Shown here piece after piece: positions 8,300 to 10,985 of a stretch of 10,985 nt of DNA. Made by a program: the position numbers and the translations under genes. The DNA lies in NCBI RefSeq assembly GCF_006345805.1, contig NW_021827212.1, forward strand, positions 1-10,985, in the 5' to 3' direction. The stretch comes from Octopus sinensis (lineage: Eukaryota). The notes under the pieces are model-generated. The model saw nothing but the letters and a program-made list of their open reading frames with translations. It did not search any database and had not been told where the DNA came from. Position 1 is the first letter of the stretch. Each line of letters opens with the position of its first letter.

Positions 8300-8520
8300 T
8301 CAACAACATCACACATCACACGATATAGCACCGTTACGCATCATATCACATCACACGACAGCACTATAGTACATGCGTGCATATTATAACACACTTGATT
8401 ATACTAACAACACCACACTATAACAATCTACACAGCACCACACTACATCGCCCTCACAACGCAACAACATACTACGCTACGCTTCACAATACCAAAGAAC
8501 GTCACACAACGCTATTCTAC
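8300..8520. repeat. Decayed pentanucleotide repeat (CACAT/CACTA/CACAA)
   Basis: Residual 5-bp periodicity on the same strand as 6272-7088. Confidence 0.6.
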
Positions 8521-8573
8521 ATCGAATTTAGATAGACAGCGGCACGTCTACCAAGTTTTACTATCTCCTGTAA

Positions 8574-8630
8574 TCAGTTGCCTTTGAAAGTGAAAGTGAA
8601 AGTAAGCGGGATGGATGCGTGCAGGTTGGA
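8574..8630 (-). CDS. Candidate short terminal coding exon (SNLHASIPLTFTFTFKGN*) of the Myb/SANT gene
   Basis: First minus-strand AG (TACAG at 8632-8631) after CTGAC/TTGAC motifs (8809-8797) and a long polypyrimidine tract (8796-8709). An alternative acceptor at 8569-8568 would give EIVKLGRRAAVYLNSM*. No homology support. Confidence 0.25.
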   Translation of the reverse strand, partial: SNLHASIPLTFTFTFKGN

Positions 8631-8635
8631 CTGTA

Positions 8636-8797
8636 CGGTGGCGGCGGCGGCGACGGTGGCGGTGGTAGTGGTGGTGGTAGTGGTGGTGGTGGTGGGTAAC
8701 AAGCAGTGGAAGGGAGTGAGAGATAGGGAGAGGAGGAAAGAGAAAGAGTGAGGAAGAAGAAGACAGAGTGAGGGAGAAGGAAAGAAGGGGAGAGAGG
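8636..8797. repeat. (GGC/GGT)n trinucleotide run followed by a GA-rich purine tract
   Basis: Read directly; the purine tract is polypyrimidine on the gene's sense (minus) strand. Confidence 0.85.
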
Positions 8798-8955
8798 TCA
8801 ATGGGTCAGATAAAAACCCCTATCATAATCAGAAACTCATCCATTCTTAGTTTTCGCAACTATTTTACTTTTCCCTTATTTTTTCTTTTTTGTTTAGGGG
8901 CCGTTATAGCAACAACAACAAGAAGAAGAACAACAGCAAGAAAGGGTGGACTTAC

Positions 8956-9927
8956 TTGGCGGTGATGTCCTATTGTCATATCTGTTGGAACTGTTTGTAT
9001 TGTATCCTCCATACATTGAGAGACCGAATTTATGGCGGGGCTGAGGATTGGAGTGCTGAGTATGCTGTTGTTGGTGGTGATGATGATGGACGTGGCGGTA
9101 CTACTGCTGATACTGGAGGTGGTATTGCTGTTGATGTTGTTGATGGCGGTGGTGTTGCTGCTAGTGGTGGTGGTGATGGTGGTGGTGTAGTTTGTGGGGA
9201 TGCTGTTGTTGGTTGTGGTGGTGGTGGTGTTGGCGGCTGATGTCGTTGTAGTGCTACCAGTTTGTTCGACGCTACCTCCACCGCCAGGCGCCGTGGCAGC
9301 GGCAGCAGCGGCGGCGGCGGCGGGGGTAGTGGTTGTGGTGCTGGGGGAATTCGAAGCACTGTGTAAACCTCCATTTGTGCCGTTGCTACCTCCAGCACCA
9401 ACATTAACGACGCCGCCATTACTACCACATTCACCACTATCACCGCCACCGCCATCACCTCCACCACTACTACTGTTACTGCTACTACTACTACTGCCAT
9501 CACCACCACCACCACCACCATTACTGCCTGCTGCGCCTCCATTACTGTTTCCTCCATAACTGCTTACAATCGGGTCCCCCAGCAGATAGAGGACGCGTAA
9601 TTCATACTCTGTGAGGTAGGAACGTATTTGCGAGTCGTCACCCAACATGGCGACACTGCGTACCTCCATGGCTCGTTTTTTGGTGCGAGTTTTCATGTCT
9701 TCCCATTTCTTCTTCACTTCCTCCACCGAACGGCCCACGGGGGAAACGGTGTTCACCAGTTCAGCTATTTCCTGCCAGGCTTTCATTTTCTTGGCATTGG
9801 TCACGCTATCAGTAAATTTGGCATTTACGGTCGACATACGTTTACCTATGCCCTCCATAATGGCCGACACTTCAGACGCGGCAAAATTACTTTTCCGCTT
9901 CTTTTTCTTCCTTCTCTGTACTTCCAT
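8956..9927 (-). CDS. Coding exon of a NAIF1-like Myb/SANT DNA-binding protein (Myb_DNA-bind_5 type, Harbinger-derived)
   Basis: ATG at 9927 lies in a good context (AAACATGG) with an in-frame TAA 15 nt upstream. The protein has a basic stretch RRKKKKRKSNF, then trihelix motifs KKMKAWQEIAELVNTV and RSVEEVKKKWEDMKTRTKKR, then LTEYELRVLYLLG; this layout matches NAIF1/TSNARE1-type Myb domains as I recall them. A consensus donor CAA|GTAAGT at 8956/8955 ends the exon in phase 0 after Gln324. The C-terminal two thirds are poly-G/S/A/T/N. Confidence 0.9.
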
Positions 9928-9945
9928 GTTTACTGGGGTTTACTT

Positions 9946-10100
9946 ACACACACACATACACACACACACACATGTGTGTGTATATATATATATATATAGA
10001 TATATATATATATATATATGTATATATAATATATGTACATACATAGATATATAATAGGTTAATATATATACGTATACATATATATGTGTGTATATTGTAT
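9946..10100. repeat. Compound (CA)n/(TG)n/(TA)n microsatellite just upstream of the ATG
   Basis: Read directly. Confidence 0.92.
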
Positions 10101-10479
10101 GTAAGAAAAAAGTTGCTTTGGTGTGGATGGATGCTGGGTAAGGGTGGGGAATGTATATCTTTTTTTTTAATGTTTTTCACATTTTTTACAATTCATATTT
10201 GTTTGCAGTATTTTTTTAAACTCTTTTCTTTCAACTTTTTTCATTTTTCTTTTTCTTTTTTTTTTGTTTTTTTTTCTTCATGAAGTTTTTAAAAACATTT
10301 GTTTTGGGAGGTTTAAAATATTGTTATCATTATCTAAATTAGTATGAAATTTTAGTAAATTAATAAAAATTATATTTATAATAATAATAATAATAATATC
10401 CATTCTTTTTACTTTTCTATTGTCATTTTTTAAAAAGTCTTTGTATGTTATATATAATGTACGTATGGGTGTGGGTGTG

Positions 10480-10512
<33 letters not shown>

Positions 10513-10580
10513 ATGTATGGTATGTATGTATGATTTTGTTGTTGTTGATTATTTTTCCTTTCTTTCTTTCCTGCTCTCAG

Positions 10581-10710
10581 AAAACGATATTAGTAAGAAT
10601 GACTTAGATGGTTTGTCCGTGAATGGAAGCTAAATCGATTGACTGAGAGATGTGTGTGAGTGAGTACATGCTGCGAACAACACACGCAAGTACTCTTTAC
10701 TATAGATGAA
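10581..10710 (+). other. Candidate plus-strand exon, probably non-coding
   Basis: Strong acceptor TTTCCTTTCTTTCTTTCCTGCTCTCAG|A and consensus donor GAA|GTAAGT. The exon is 130 nt with stops in all three frames. Confidence 0.4.
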
Positions 10711-10737
10711 GTAAGTCTGCGTGTAGGTAGCGAGAAA

Positions 10738-10980
10738 TGTGCGTGCGTGTGTGTGTGTGTAGCGGTGTGTGTCTGTGTGTACGTGCGTGCACCAGTGTAT
10801 GTGTGCGTGTGCGTGCCTCATCCACTCTTTATAGAAATAAATGTAAGACTACGGTATTTTATGTGCGTGCCTGTGTCCCAGCGTTACGTGTATTTGTGAG
10901 TGTGTGTGTGTGCGCGCGCGCGTGTGTCCGTGTATGCGAGTGTGTGCGTGTGTCCCAGTTTGTGCCTGTGTATGCGTATA
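10738..10980. repeat. (TG)n/(TGCG)n degenerate microsatellite
   Basis: Read directly; a similar TG/TA tract lies at about 10466-10530. Confidence 0.9.
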
Positions 10981-10985
10981 TCCCG

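Larger units (their letters stand above)
7645..8310 (+). mobile_element. Family E copy split by a family A SINE pair
   Basis: TGGTCGGTCGACCTGACAGAAAAAGCAGCCAAATC..TCAAACCA on the left matches 7113-7146. The sequence continues after the TSD and ends in a CAACAA tail. Confidence 0.5.

Noticed and set aside
8890-10054. Overlapping plus-strand and alternative-frame ORFs
   Set aside because: They are shadow ORFs of the Myb exon and its trinucleotide runs.

Overview
This is repeat-dense eukaryotic DNA, most likely from an octopus. That assignment is my inference from the SINE types, the many microsatellites and the homopolymer-rich coding sequence; I ran no search. There is one convincing protein-coding exon, on the minus strand (9927-8956, 324 codons, GTAAGT donor). 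It encodes a NAIF1-like Myb/SANT (PIF/Harbinger-derived) DNA-binding domain followed by long Gly/Ser/Ala/Thr/Asn low-complexity tracts. The rest is a stack of insertions: ten tRNA-headed SINE copies from four families (my labels A-D), a further dispersed repeat (E), a hAT-type MITE with an 8-bp TSD, a fold-back element that only becomes visible once nested SINEs are removed, a decayed 5-bp-period satellite background, a degenerate minisatellite and microsatellites. Several nested insertions can be ordered from their target-site duplications (TSDs). The SINEs show head/tail module swapping and a shared stem-loop with one compensatory pair. Almost all other ORFs in the track are repeat artefacts. 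I found no clearly new biological system; the best leads are listed as findings.
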